DNA of 64,000 nt from Patescibacteria group bacterium (GCA_041648575.1 JBAZOT010000001.1:31298-95297); one strand, 5' to 3'. Positions 9,893 to 20,315 are shown, counted from the first letter of the stretch. Translations and numbers: made by a program. The notes: generated from the sequence alone by a model not told the origin.

Positions 9893-9973
9893 GTGTAGAA
9901 TTGTAATCCGAGCCTGCGCCGTAGACCCGCCTCGGGCGGATTCTTCGGGGTTCAACTCCCGGTAGCGGTCCCA
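9893..9973 (+). other. tRNA-like element: T-arm CGGGGTTCAACTCCCGG, a CCGCC-TCG-GGCGG hairpin (variable-arm-like), 3' TAGCGGT-C-CCA; full cloverleaf not resolved
   Basis: Canonical T-loop TTCAACT plus an encoded CCA seen. No matching 5' acceptor strand and no anticodon stem found by hand. The 3' acceptor strand TAGCGGT (within GGTAGCG, 9961-9967) is complementary to CGCTACC (9873-9879) inside the tRNA-Glu 3' end. Confidence 0.3.
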
Positions 9974-10062
9974 GCTCCCCAGTATCTGGAACGTTTGACG
10001 TTCTTGCTGGGTGGATTTTGGGTAAATAAAAAAACTCAAAAATATATCAAGTAATCTTCTTT

Positions 10063-11460
10063 TTATTTACTAACCAAAAGTTCAGCTGTAATCGAGGTTA
10101 AGTTCCTATCGTTGTAATAATCAGTTAATTGTTGTTGCCAATCTTTGTCCTTAATAGAAATATTAGGTTCTACACCGCGGCCTTCGATCGGTTGATTATC
10201 GTCTCTTAAAGTTACAGCTTTAACTATGAGAGCTGAATATTCAATATTATCCTTAATTATGGTTTTAAGAGGGAAGAAGTTTTCTACAGTACCGCGACCG
10301 CCAGTAGTTTCACCAATTAATATACCGATATTGTATTTTTTTAAAGTGGTAGCCAAAACTTCAGCTGTGGATTGCGTTCCTTTGTCAATCAAAACAATAA
10401 TTCTTCTAAATCGTGCTAAACTTGAAATTTTTTCAGTAACAGTTTTATGCGGTTCAGTTTCACCTTTACGAAAATAATCATAAGCATATTGGTTATGGCC
10501 AATAAAAAAGCCGGCGAGATATGGCAGGGTATCGATATTGCCGCCAAAATTACTTCGTAAATCAATAATCAAAGCTTTTAAGTTATCATTGGCCGTTTCT
10601 TGTAAACGCTGTTTGAATTCGTCAATAGTAGTTGGAGCGATTTGTTTAATTTTTAAATAAAGAATATCTGGCTCGCAGATTTTATAAACTATAGTTGGTT
10701 CAGCTCCTGTTTTATCATATGTAGTCCGCGCCAAAGGATCACCAATGGTTTCAAAAGCACGTTTGGCTGAAGACAATTGTTGTTGAGCTTCTGCAGAAGT
10801 GTCGTCTTTCAAAGTTGTAATTTTATTCTGATAAATTTGGTTGATTTTATCTGGTGGGGCATTTTTATCTACGCCTAAAACAAAATAAAGATCAGTAGTT
10901 GGGTCAGTACTGTTTACTTTATTTCTTAATTCTTGTTGTTTGTCATTACTGTAAAGTCTGCTTCTGTTTTGGGGAGATAGACTTGCTAAAATAGCATCCC
11001 CTAAAGTTACCACCAGTTCTTGTTGTTTAGTTTGGTCATAATTATTCAACCAGTCGTCAAGTAGGTTAACTAAACTAGCGCGTTCGGGTTTTTTTAGGAT
11101 TTGTGGTTTACCAGTTAATTTTTCCACTCCCAGTCGGTATAAATTAGTTAATTGTTCATCAGTTATTTTATCCCAGTGATTTTCCTTAACAGTATCATAA
11201 AGCTCAACTAAAAAAGAGACGTTTTGATTTTGAATTTCAGATTTTTTTTGTAGGCTAATAGTATAGCCCATGCCAGTTAGTAAGCCGAATATAAAAATTG
11301 CTAGAATAACTATCCCGTAACTAATTTTAAGATATATTTTAAATTTAGCAGCAAAATGTAATTTAATCCTCTTGGTATAATTTAGGTTACTTTTTGGAGG
11401 AATAAAATCAGAAGGTGTATTATGCGGTTGGAAGAAATTGTTTTCGTAGTTGTTAGCCAT
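10063..11460 (-). CDS. Carboxyl-terminal processing protease (S41 family), membrane-anchored
   Basis: N-terminal TM; S41 signature IIDLRSNFGGN…; catalytic Ser/Lys region. Confidence 0.7.
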   Translation of the reverse strand: MANNYENNFFQPHNTPSDFIPPKSNLNYTKRIKLHFAAKFKIYLKISYGIVILAIFIFGLLTGMGYTISLQKKSEIQNQNVSFLVELYDTVKENHWDKITDEQLTNLYRLGVEKLTGKPQILKKPERASLVNLLDDWLNNYDQTKQQELVVTLGDAILASLSPQNRSRLYSNDKQQELRNKVNSTDPTTDLYFVLGVDKNAPPDKINQIYQNKITTLKDDTSAEAQQQLSSAKRAFETIGDPLARTTYDKTGAEPTIVYKICEPDILYLKIKQIAPTTIDEFKQRLQETANDNLKALIIDLRSNFGGNIDTLPYLAGFFIGHNQYAYDYFRKGETEPHKTVTEKISSLARFRRIIVLIDKGTQSTAEVLATTLKKYNIGILIGETTGGRGTVENFFPLKTIIKDNIEYSALIVKAVTLRDDNQPIEGRGVEPNISIKDKDWQQQLTDYYNDRNLTSITAELLVSK

Positions 11461-11550
11461 AAGTCTTATTTATTTTATAACACTTTTGCTTTTTTAGCGA
11501 GTAATCTTTTTGTTATTTAATTAAAAATGATATAAAATGACTTTTGTAAT

Positions 11551-11790
11551 ATGCAAAAAACTAGTATTGAAAAGCAAATCATAAAGATTATAGATCAGTT
11601 TAGCCCCTATATTATTGGTCACGGTGGCAGTATTAAGTTTATTAGTTGGGATGCCAAAACAGGGACAGTTGATGTTGAATTATTAGGTGCTTGTCAAAAT
11701 TGTTCAATGTCACATTTAACACTGAAGTATGGTTTAGAACAAGCACTAACAGCAAAAATACCCTCAATAAAAGAAGTTAGATCAGTTTAA
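11551..11790 (+). CDS. NifU-like (Nfu) Fe-S cluster scaffold/carrier domain protein
   Basis: CxxC motif (GACQNCSMS) in a NifU C-terminal-domain context (HGGSIKFISWD…TGTVDVELLGAC). Confidence 0.7.
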   Translation: MQKTSIEKQIIKIIDQFSPYIIGHGGSIKFISWDAKTGTVDVELLGACQNCSMSHLTLKYGLEQALTAKIPSIKEVRSV

Positions 11791-11793
11791 TAG

Positions 11794-12168
11794 TTATTCA
11801 GTTGAATCAGTGTCACTACCTTCCAGTGGTTCTTCATCAGGTAATATTTCCTGTTTAACAACGGGTTTTTTGGTTTCAGCAAAAGGATTGCCAAGAGAAT
11901 CTATTGCCTGTTGATCATATTCCTTTTTGCTTTCTAAAGCAGAAAAAACTTCATTATACAAATTCATATCAATAGTCTTTAAAGATATTTGACTTCGGTA
12001 AATATAAATTTCTTCAGCTTGGGTAAGTGTATTGTAAAAGTAAACATATAAGAAATTAACCAGCCAAATTAATATCACAATAATTACAGCTAGTGTGCCA
12101 ACGGGTAATAATTTTAACAGGGCGCCAGGCGTAACTTTTATTTTTTTAAAAGATAAGTTAAATTTCAT
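11794..12168 (-). CDS. Small membrane-anchored protein with acidic tail, distal gene of the pilus operon (PilP-like?)
   Basis: Single TM, 4-nt ATGA overlap with the pilO stop (translational coupling). Confidence 0.35.
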   Translation of the reverse strand: MKFNLSFKKIKVTPGALLKLLPVGTLAVIIVILIWLVNFLYVYFYNTLTQAEEIYIYRSQISLKTIDMNLYNEVFSALESKKEYDQQAIDSLGNPFAETKKPVVKQEILPDEEPLEGSDTDSTE

Positions 12169-12734
12169 GGTTTATAGTAAGCGTTAGCTAATAGTAGAGT
12201 AGTTATATTGGAATGATTATTAAATACTTCTTGTGGATTTACTGAGCCGGTATTAATTCTAATAGTTGAGATGTTAAGATAATAATCAAGATTTTCTAAG
12301 CCAACTAAGTAGTTCATTAAGTTAGTAAAATTACTAACCAAGGTAATTTGCAGGGGCAAGGTTTTGATTGTTTTTTCCTTTGGAGTGGTTGAGGTAAGTT
12401 TAATATTTGGCACAATGTTATTATTTTCTGACAAATTTTCTAGAGAAGTGAATAAATCTAATTCTTGACCCGATTGAATATAAGCACGATTAAGTAGTAA
12501 AACAGTTGGTTTGATTTGTTGATATTGTTCTAAGGTTTGCTTTAAATTTTGACCACGTAAATAAATTTTTTCGAGTTCTACCCTTTGAGTAAAAATTTCG
12601 TTACTAAGTTCCTTAATTCTAGTAATACAGGGGTAGATTAGTAGAATAATTAGGCCACTAACAATAATAGCCACAGCAGATAAACTGATAATAATTTTTT
12701 GTTTCGGTGGACTGGCTGATGAAAGGAGTAACAT
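12165..12734 (-). CDS. pilO: Type IV pilus assembly protein PilO
   Basis: N-terminal TM, coiled coil, PilO-like periplasmic domain; operon position after pilN. Confidence 0.6.
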   Translation of the reverse strand: MLLLSSASPPKQKIIISLSAVAIIVSGLIILLIYPCITRIKELSNEIFTQRVELEKIYLRGQNLKQTLEQYQQIKPTVLLLNRAYIQSGQELDLFTSLENLSENNNIVPNIKLTSTTPKEKTIKTLPLQITLVSNFTNLMNYLVGLENLDYYLNISTIRINTGSVNPQEVFNNHSNITTLLLANAYYKP

Positions 12735-12737
12735 AAA

Positions 12738-13286
12738 TTAGGGTAATTGGTCAAAATTTATTACAGCAGAAAACTGAAAATTAACATTTGTTTTATCCAA
12801 TAAGTTGGTTAGGGGCCTTGAAACCTTGGATAAATATAATAACTGGTTAAGATTATTTTCCAGTTTAATGAAATCATCTCTGGTTGTGGCCACACCTACT
12901 AAGCTTAATGTTTTAAGTTCTTTGTCAATTGTTAAAGATGAAATGCTAATGTTTGGTGGTACTGCGTTTGTAAAATTAACAAAAAAACTAGACCATTTTA
13001 CAAAATTTTTCTGAATTGCTGATAATTCTCTAAGTGTAGAATTAATTTTAGCTATTTCTGAATCAATTCCTTGGTTGCGTTGAGTCACTAAAGTTGTTTC
13101 AAAAACTAAGGTACTATAATTATCCTCTAGCATTATCCTAGCAGAAACAATCATGGCCGTTATAATAATAGAAAAAATTATTATCAACCAGGCTACTTTT
13201 CTAATGGATAAATAAATAAACTCGAAATGAAGTGATTCTTTTTGTTCAGGACTGATTAAATTAAGCTTTATCATAATCATTTTCAA
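12738..13286 (-). CDS. pilN: Type IV pilus assembly protein PilN
   Basis: Bitopic protein with a PilN-like N-terminus (KLNLISPEQKE), overlaps the pilM stop. Confidence 0.6.
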   Translation of the reverse strand: MKMIMIKLNLISPEQKESLHFEFIYLSIRKVAWLIIIFSIIITAMIVSARIMLEDNYSTLVFETTLVTQRNQGIDSEIAKINSTLRELSAIQKNFVKWSSFFVNFTNAVPPNISISSLTIDKELKTLSLVGVATTRDDFIKLENNLNQLLYLSKVSRPLTNLLDKTNVNFQFSAVINFDQLP

Positions 13287-14334
13287 ATGCTCTTAAAGCT
13301 AATCCGATAGCTGTAGTGTAAGAAAGTAATGCCGATGGCTTATAGGGAGGTGTGACCTTCTTAAGATTACACCACGGGTTACCTAGTTCAACTTTTATTT
13401 TTATTATGTCGGTAATATAGGAATCAATAAATTTAAAATTCGATCCACCACCACACAAAATAATTTTTTTAATAGGATCACCATTAGGGAAATGTTCACT
13501 ATAAAATATAAACGTCTCTTTTATGCGCTTAATTAAATCATCAATAACTTTATATAGAATTTCTCGCATGGCGCCTTCGCATTTTTTAGAGTCAAGACCG
13601 CAAATAATTTTTGCTTTTTCAGCTTCGTCTTCGGAGAAATTAAGTTTTTTGGCTATAATTTCAGTCATTTGATATCCAGAGATTGGCACACTGACAGTAA
13701 ATTGAATGGTGTTTTTATCAACCACACACAAACTAGTATGTGAAGCTCCAAAATCAATAATCATAGTTGCCTCAGTAGAGGGAGGTATATCCTTGTCTAT
13801 TAGGCTACGTACTATGGGTACTGCCTCAATTTCTAGCGCTAAAGTAATTAATTTAGCCTGGGTTAAAGATTCAGTATATGAATTAATGATGTTTTTTGGC
13901 GCTACACCTAATAAAATAGGTATGCGCTGGCTTTTTAATTTAGTATCAACCACCTGCCAATCCCAATATGTTTCGTCAATAGACAAAGGTATGTGGTGTT
14001 CGGCCTCCCATTTAATTGCTTGGGGCATTTCCTCTTTGGTCATTAGTGGAATATCAATCATTTTAATAAATGTTTTAGTTTCTGGTAAACAGGCTACAAC
14101 ATATTGGGTACCAAATTTACCAATTTTTGGATGACTTAATAGTTGATCTACGGCTCGAACAAACTGATCTTTAATAATTATTTCTCCATCAACAATAATT
14201 CCCTTCTCTAGTGCAAGATCACTAATTGCTTTAAGTTTTATTTTTTTGCCCCAGTAGCTGGTAAATTGAATAGCTTTTAGTGACCGTTCACTAATATCTA
14301 ATCCAATAGTATTTGGTTGCTGTTCAATTTCCAT
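13261..14334 (-). CDS. pilM: Type IV pilus assembly ATPase-like protein PilM (actin-like)
   Basis: Actin/FtsA-like fold signatures (IGLDISERSLKAIQF…, DFGASHTSLCVV, ILCGGGS). Confidence 0.8.
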   Translation of the reverse strand: MEIEQQPNTIGLDISERSLKAIQFTSYWGKKIKLKAISDLALEKGIIVDGEIIIKDQFVRAVDQLLSHPKIGKFGTQYVVACLPETKTFIKMIDIPLMTKEEMPQAIKWEAEHHIPLSIDETYWDWQVVDTKLKSQRIPILLGVAPKNIINSYTESLTQAKLITLALEIEAVPIVRSLIDKDIPPSTEATMIIDFGASHTSLCVVDKNTIQFTVSVPISGYQMTEIIAKKLNFSEDEAEKAKIICGLDSKKCEGAMREILYKVIDDLIKRIKETFIFYSEHFPNGDPIKKIILCGGGSNFKFIDSYITDIIKIKVELGNPWCNLKKVTPPYKPSALLSYTTAIGLALRAFENDYDKA

Positions 14335-14335
14335 A

Positions 14336-15550
14336 CTATATTGCTTCGCTTAGACTATACATTGGCATAATTATTGAAACTGCAAAAAAACCAACCGCCA
14401 CTCCTAATATTAGCATTAATATTGGTTCAATTATCGTAGATAGGTTTGACATAATTCTATCAACTTCCTCTTCGTAAAAGGAGGCCAGATCTTCTAGCAC
14501 AGTATCCAAGGTACCAGTTTCTTCACCTACTGCCAGCATTTGGATAACTAATGGTGGAAATAATTTTTTATAAGGAGCCATAGATTGTGATACACTAATC
14601 CCGGTCTTAACTTGATCAGCCGCATTAATCATTGCTTGATGATAGCGGACATTACCTAAAGTGGTAGCGGTTATTTGAAAGGTTTGTACAATTGGGATAT
14701 CAGTTTTCAATAAAGAGGAAAAGGTGCGTGAAAATTTTGCTAAGTTGATTTGTCTGAAAATATTTCCAATCATTGGCAACTTTAAAAGAAAACTATGCCA
14801 GACTATTTTTCCCTGAGTAGATCGTATTGCAAATATGAATAAAGCAATTAGTAACAACGACCCAGCCGCTACCCAGTAGCCATAATCAACTATAAAATTA
14901 CTGATCGCAATCAACACCCTGGTTGGTAATGGTAAGGTGGCACTAACCTCATCAAATAAAGCAGTTATTTGTGGTATAACAAAGACAATCATGGTAATAC
15001 CAATACCTATCATAGCTACGATCACAATAATTGGATAAATAAGGGCGCCTCGTACCTTGGCTACTAAAGTGTGGTTCTTTCTAAGTTGATTAGTGAGGTA
15101 AAGTAATACTTCTTCTAATTTGCCGCTTTTTTCACCAGCCTTAATCATATTTATGAACAACTCGGAAAATATTTTAGAGTAGTGCCCCATCGCATCAGAT
15201 AGGTTTACTCCTTTTTCCACATAAGTTTTTAATTCCTGGAGTATAGTTTTGAATCGTTTATTTTGAGTTTGTTCAGCCAAAGTGTGCAAAGCGGCAGTTA
15301 CTGTTAATCCAGCTTTAAGCATCACTTGTAGATTTTGAGTAAAAAATATTTTATCAACAGCCTTAATACGTTGCCAATTCATAGCGTATTTTAGCCAGTT
15401 TTTTTTGGTGGTGTGATTTAAAAGGGTGGCTTTGGTGAGTAATAGATTCTGTTGACGTAAATAATCAGCCAAAACTTCTTCTGAGGGTAAATCAATTTCA
15501 CCCATTTTAATTTCACCCTTTTCAGTTCTAGCATTGTAAGCGAATTTCAT
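14336..15550 (-). CDS. pilC: Type IV pilus inner-membrane platform protein PilC (GspF family)
   Basis: Two GspF repeats, three TM segments, 404 aa. Confidence 0.85.
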   Translation of the reverse strand: MKFAYNARTEKGEIKMGEIDLPSEEVLADYLRQQNLLLTKATLLNHTTKKNWLKYAMNWQRIKAVDKIFFTQNLQVMLKAGLTVTAALHTLAEQTQNKRFKTILQELKTYVEKGVNLSDAMGHYSKIFSELFINMIKAGEKSGKLEEVLLYLTNQLRKNHTLVAKVRGALIYPIIVIVAMIGIGITMIVFVIPQITALFDEVSATLPLPTRVLIAISNFIVDYGYWVAAGSLLLIALFIFAIRSTQGKIVWHSFLLKLPMIGNIFRQINLAKFSRTFSSLLKTDIPIVQTFQITATTLGNVRYHQAMINAADQVKTGISVSQSMAPYKKLFPPLVIQMLAVGEETGTLDTVLEDLASFYEEEVDRIMSNLSTIIEPILMLILGVAVGFFAVSIIMPMYSLSEAI

Positions 15551-15556
15551 ATTATA

Positions 15557-17302
15557 TTATTCTTTAGTAACCCTGATTATTTCTTCCAAGCTGGTTGATC
15601 CCTTGATGGCTTTTATTATACCATCATAGAACATAGGAATCATACCCTGATCAATAGCCTGTTCTTCAATTTTATCCGATGAGCTTTTATTTAAAATTAA
15701 ATCGGCAATCTCTGGTGACACTTCTAAGATTTCGTAAATTCCCAATCTTCCTTTATAACCATCTTGCCCGCATTGTTTACAGCCAACTGCTTTATAAAAA
15801 GATATTTTATCAATTCCTTCATTGCTCTTAATAATTTTGAATTTGATCAAGGTTTGTAATAATTTGTCGGTGTTAATTTTTTTACCAAGATCGTCAATAT
15901 TTGTTTTTGATAAATGATAAGGGGTCATGCAATTAGGGCAAAGTTTGCGTACTAAACGTTGGCCAACAACTATATTAACAGTTGAAGAAATTAAAAAAGA
16001 TGGAATGCCCATTTGGGAAAGGCGCGGTAGGGTACCAATCGCATCGTTAGTGTGTAGAGTTGATAAAACCAGGTGTCCGGTCATAGCAGAGTGAATAGCG
16101 ATTTCTGCAGTTTCGGTATCACGTATTTCTCCTACCATAATGATATCAGGATCTTGACGTAACAGAGATCGTAAACCATTGGCAAAACTAAAACCAATTC
16201 GTGGACTTACTTGACTTTGGTTAATTCTTGGCATGCGGTATTCAATTGGGTCCTCAATAGTTGAAATATTTACTTCAGGCTTATTCAGCATGTGCATTAT
16301 TGAATACAACGTAGTTGTTTTACCAGAACCAGTGGGGCCAGTAACCAAAATCATGCCGTGAGGTTTTTCAATGTTGCGCTTTATTGTTTCAAGTGGATGA
16401 TTTTGAAATCCTAATTGCTCTAATGTTAATACTTGAGCTGATTCGTGCAACAAACGCATAACAATTTTTTCTCCAGTAAAAACAGGGATTATTGATACGC
16501 GAAAAGACACTTCATATTCACTAGTTTTTATTTTAAAACGGCCGTCCTGAGGTAGTCGGTGTTCGTCTAATTTTAGGTTAGATAAAATTTTTATTCTGGC
16601 TGTAAGACCAGCTTGGACATTTTTAGGTAAAGTCATTACATCGTGTAAGACACCATCAATGCGGTAGCGAACAATAACGTCCGTTTCACTGGGTTCAATA
16701 TGAATATCAGAAGCACGTTCAAAAATCGCATATTCTAATAAGGTATCAACCATACGAACCACTGGTACATCTTCTGCTAATTGTTCAAGTTTTTCGCCGC
16801 TTGCCTCCTCGCTGGAAATTTCTTCGTGAGTTAATGCCTCAAATTCAGCTCGTAGGCTTTTATGATATTGTTTAATAACCTCCTTAATAGACGAGGGGGT
16901 AGTAAGGTGGATCTCAAGCTTGATGTTGAATTTTTTTTCAATAAACTCAAATGTTTGTAAATCGTCAGGATCTATGGTAGCAATTTTGATTGCGTCTTTG
17001 GTTTTATCAAAAGCAATTATACCGTGAGTTTGAGCAATGGGTTCTGGAATTGCCAGTAAAATGTCTTTTCTGATCACGGTATTTTTAAGATCAATAAAAG
17101 GTATTTTAATTTGGTTAGCTACTAATTCATACAGCTTATTTTCGCTGATGATATTGTTGGTCAATAGATATTCCTCCAACAGAAATTTTTTGTTTTTTGC
17201 TTCTGCCTGTATCCGTTTAGACTGTTCTTCTGTAAGAACGGAACTGGCTTGTAATGCTTGGGTAATTTTATCTTGATTAAGCATAATTGTTTTCAAATTC
17301 AC
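15557..17302 (-). CDS. pilB: Type IV pilus assembly ATPase PilB (GspE family)
   Basis: Walker A GPTGSGKTT, Asp/His boxes, tetracysteine motif CPNC…CKQC, N-terminal GspE_N domain. Confidence 0.9.
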   Translation of the reverse strand: MNLKTIMLNQDKITQALQASSVLTEEQSKRIQAEAKNKKFLLEEYLLTNNIISENKLYELVANQIKIPFIDLKNTVIRKDILLAIPEPIAQTHGIIAFDKTKDAIKIATIDPDDLQTFEFIEKKFNIKLEIHLTTPSSIKEVIKQYHKSLRAEFEALTHEEISSEEASGEKLEQLAEDVPVVRMVDTLLEYAIFERASDIHIEPSETDVIVRYRIDGVLHDVMTLPKNVQAGLTARIKILSNLKLDEHRLPQDGRFKIKTSEYEVSFRVSIIPVFTGEKIVMRLLHESAQVLTLEQLGFQNHPLETIKRNIEKPHGMILVTGPTGSGKTTTLYSIMHMLNKPEVNISTIEDPIEYRMPRINQSQVSPRIGFSFANGLRSLLRQDPDIIMVGEIRDTETAEIAIHSAMTGHLVLSTLHTNDAIGTLPRLSQMGIPSFLISSTVNIVVGQRLVRKLCPNCMTPYHLSKTNIDDLGKKINTDKLLQTLIKFKIIKSNEGIDKISFYKAVGCKQCGQDGYKGRLGIYEILEVSPEIADLILNKSSSDKIEEQAIDQGMIPMFYDGIIKAIKGSTSLEEIIRVTKE

Positions 17303-17495
17303 TAGTTTAAGTTTATACTACCTTATAATATTATACCATTAAATTAAGTGAGTCTCAAATCTAATCATTAGGATTGATGGTATTTTTACGATGATTGGAA
17401 TATATGGTCGATTGTAATTTAGCATGACATTTACAAGAAATATACGAGAAATGTAGTTGATAGTTGCCAAAAACACCTAATAAAGATTAAAATCA

Positions 17496-17882
17496 ATGAT
17501 AGTTATGCCTATTCATTTAAATGCTGCTAGAAGTTTTGCTTGGCGTGCTTATTGGCGTTCGCCAAAAGTTTTAGTGCCATTGTGTTTGTCGTTATTTATT
17601 GATGTACTTGTTTGGTTGTTGCCATATTGGCAATTAAGCTTTGATAGTGATTTTTTGACAATTCGTTATTCAATATATGTTGGCACCAATTGGTTAGCAG
17701 CTAAATATTTTATTTTTTTACCAGCTGTTATTTGTTTGATATTTATTATTGTCAATACTTTTATCAGTTATACAGTTGGTAAAATAAGTCTAATTTTACG
17801 TTCGATTATTCTTTGGCAGACAGTAATAATTTGTTTAGCATTTTGTTGGTTAGAGATATTGTTAATTGTATTTAATAGTTAA
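17496..17882 (+). CDS. Hypothetical polytopic membrane protein
   Basis: Four predicted hydrophobic helices; no recognised motif. Confidence 0.3.
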   Translation: MIVMPIHLNAARSFAWRAYWRSPKVLVPLCLSLFIDVLVWLLPYWQLSFDSDFLTIRYSIYVGTNWLAAKYFIFLPAVICLIFIIVNTFISYTVGKISLILRSIILWQTVIICLAFCWLEILLIVFNS

Positions 17883-17890
17883 ACAAAGTT

Positions 17891-18937
17891 TTGTTTATGG
17901 ATATCGTAGCAATTGTGAAAATATTGACACTAACAACTGTGTCATTTATTGTGGCCTTGTTAGCCACGCCTTTGCTAACACATTTTTTGTATAAATATAA
18001 ATTAGGAAAAAATGTGCGTGACGAAATTCAAGCACCAGTGATGTCGAGATTGCATCAAGCAAAAAACGGAACGCCGACTATGGGTGGAATATTAATTTGG
18101 TTGACTACTTTAGTTTTGGCAGTTATTTTTTTCTTTTTAAGTAGTTTGAATATTATACCACCGATAATAAATTTCTTGAGCCGCACTGAAACCTTGTTGC
18201 CATTAGGTGCTTTGGTCGCGTCGGCGCTTGTTGGTTTGATAGATGATTGGTTTAATGTTAAAGGATTAGGTGCGCGTGGAGGAGGATTAAAAATGCGTCA
18301 TAAGTTATTAATTTATAGCGCCATCGCAATTGTCGGAGCTTGGTGGTTTTATTATAAATTAGACTGGACAATATTATATTTACCCGGTTTAGGAAATATT
18401 GATATTGGTTGGTGGTATATCCCCTTATTCATTTTTATCATTGTTGCAACTTCTTTTTCTGTAAACGAGATCGACGGTTTAGACGGACTAGCTGGGGGTA
18501 CTTTGTTGGCTGCCTTTGGTGCATTTGGTGCTATAGCGTTTATAGAAGGAAAAATTGATTTAGCAGCTTTTTGTGGAGTAATTGTTGGAAGTTTATTAGC
18601 TTTTTTATGGTTTAATATTAATCCTGCCAGATTTTTTATGGGAGACACCGGCGCCATGTCATTAGGTGTAACCTTGGGTATAGTAGCCATGTTAACTAAT
18701 ACCGTTTGGTTGTTACCAGTAATTGGTTTATTATTTGTAGTTGAATCACTTTCGGTAATTGTACAGGTGATATCCAAAAGAACTACCGGAAAAAAGATTT
18801 TTCTTTCTAGCCCTTTGCATCACCATTTAGAAGCAATTGGTTGGCCCGAGCCTAAAATAGTAATGCGTTTTTGGGTAATAGCCGGAGTAATGGCTGTCAT
18901 CGGGGTCATTTTGTTTTTAGTAGATAAAGTTGCTTGA
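17891..18937 (+). CDS. mraY: Phospho-N-acetylmuramoyl-pentapeptide transferase MraY
   Basis: Polytopic membrane protein with MraY motifs (GLIDDWFNVKG, NEIDGLDGLAGG, FMGDTGAMSLG). Confidence 0.85.
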   Translation: MFMDIVAIVKILTLTTVSFIVALLATPLLTHFLYKYKLGKNVRDEIQAPVMSRLHQAKNGTPTMGGILIWLTTLVLAVIFFFLSSLNIIPPIINFLSRTETLLPLGALVASALVGLIDDWFNVKGLGARGGGLKMRHKLLIYSAIAIVGAWWFYYKLDWTILYLPGLGNIDIGWWYIPLFIFIIVATSFSVNEIDGLDGLAGGTLLAAFGAFGAIAFIEGKIDLAAFCGVIVGSLLAFLWFNINPARFFMGDTGAMSLGVTLGIVAMLTNTVWLLPVIGLLFVVESLSVIVQVISKRTTGKKIFLSSPLHHHLEAIGWPEPKIVMRFWVIAGVMAVIGVILFLVDKVA

Positions 18938-20312
18938 AATTATGTATTTGAAAAATAAAAAAGTTTTAGTAGTTGGTTTAGGTTTACAAGGTGGGGGAGT
19001 AAGCACGGTTAAATGGTTGGTTGAGCAAGGGGCAAAAGTCACAGTTACTGATTTAAAAACCAAAAAACAATTAATCAGAAGTGTGCGGTCTTTGAAAGGT
19101 TGTCCGGTAGTTTATAGATTAGGTGGGCATAATTTAAAAATATTAAAAGGTCAAGAATTAATAGTACAAAATCCGGCGGTTCCGAATGATTCTAAAATAA
19201 TTAAAGCTGCTGTTACTCAAGCATTACCAATTGAAAACGAAGCAAGTCTTTTTTTTAAATTTTGTTTAGCACCAATAATTGCCATAACTGGTAGTAAAGG
19301 AAAATCCACTGTGACGGCCTGGTTGGGAAAAATATTTTCCTCGTATAATAAAAAAACTGTAGTTGCGGGAAATATTAAAGACCGATTGATGTTAGACGAA
19401 TTGCCACATGTTAAACCGAATACACCAGTCATCTTAGAGTTATCTTCTTGGCATTTAGAAGGTTTGTCACGCTGGCGTTTAAGTCCGCAGGTTGCACTTA
19501 TTACCAATATTTTACCTGATCATTTAAATCGTTACCGTACAATTGATGATTATGTAAAAGCAAAAACGAATATTTTTAAATTTCAGAAAAAAAATGATTT
19601 GGTGGTGTTAAATTACGATAATCAGGTTACTCAAAGATTAAGTCGTAAAATTTCAAGTCGATTATTCTGGTATAGTACAACTCATATAGTTGCCAATGGT
19701 TGTTATATAAAAAAGGGTTATGTTTATTATTGTTACCATGGCAAATCGCAGAAAATATATAGCGTAAAAAGTATAAAATTACTTGGACAGCATAATTTAT
19801 CTAATGCTTTAGCTGTTACTACTTTAGCTAAAGTTGCGGGTATGCCCACAAAATTTATTAGGCAAGGGATAAAAGAATTTAAGGGTTTGCATTCACGACT
19901 AGAGCTGGTGGCTAGTAAGCATGGTGTAAAATATTATAATGACACTACAGCGACTATTCCTTTGGCAACACTAGCAGCTTTGGATTCATTTAAACAAAAG
20001 TCAATCACTCTAATTGCGGGGGGGGCAGATAAAAAATTGGATTTTTGTACGCTGGCTAAACAAATTAAGAAACAGGTAAATAAATTAATACTATTACCCG
20101 GAACAGCAACGGATAAACTGAAACGTGAATTATCCCCGAAATATCAATTTTATTTAGTAAATAGTATGCGTCAGGCGGTAAAGCTAGCCGCTCGAGTTAC
20201 ACCTAACGGTGGTGTGGTAATTATGTCTCCAGCCGCAGCAAGCTTTGGATTATTTGTAAATGAATGGGATCGTGGAGAGCAATTTATTAAATCGGTTAAA
20301 TTGTTGAATTAA
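18930..20312 (+). CDS. murD: UDP-N-acetylmuramoylalanine--D-glutamate ligase MurD
   Basis: Mur ligase P-loop GSKGKSTVTAW, N-terminal Rossmann VVGLGLQGGG; position after mraY. Confidence 0.85.
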   Translation: MLEIMYLKNKKVLVVGLGLQGGGVSTVKWLVEQGAKVTVTDLKTKKQLIRSVRSLKGCPVVYRLGGHNLKILKGQELIVQNPAVPNDSKIIKAAVTQALPIENEASLFFKFCLAPIIAITGSKGKSTVTAWLGKIFSSYNKKTVVAGNIKDRLMLDELPHVKPNTPVILELSSWHLEGLSRWRLSPQVALITNILPDHLNRYRTIDDYVKAKTNIFKFQKKNDLVVLNYDNQVTQRLSRKISSRLFWYSTTHIVANGCYIKKGYVYYCYHGKSQKIYSVKSIKLLGQHNLSNALAVTTLAKVAGMPTKFIRQGIKEFKGLHSRLELVASKHGVKYYNDTTATIPLATLAALDSFKQKSITLIAGGADKKLDFCTLAKQIKKQVNKLILLPGTATDKLKRELSPKYQFYLVNSMRQAVKLAARVTPNGGVVIMSPAAASFGLFVNEWDRGEQFIKSVKLLN

Positions 20313-20315
20313 TTT

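Noticed and set aside
9893-10062. Possibility that the tRNA-like T-arm + ACCA-like 3' end is the 3' end of a tmRNA (ssrA), whose tRNA-like domain has a very similar GGGGTTCAACTCCC T-arm
   Set aside because: A tmRNA needs ~350 nt and a 5' GGGG…acceptor strand upstream. The upstream space is occupied by tRNA-Glu and a protein-coding gene, and no mRNA-like tag reading frame is present.
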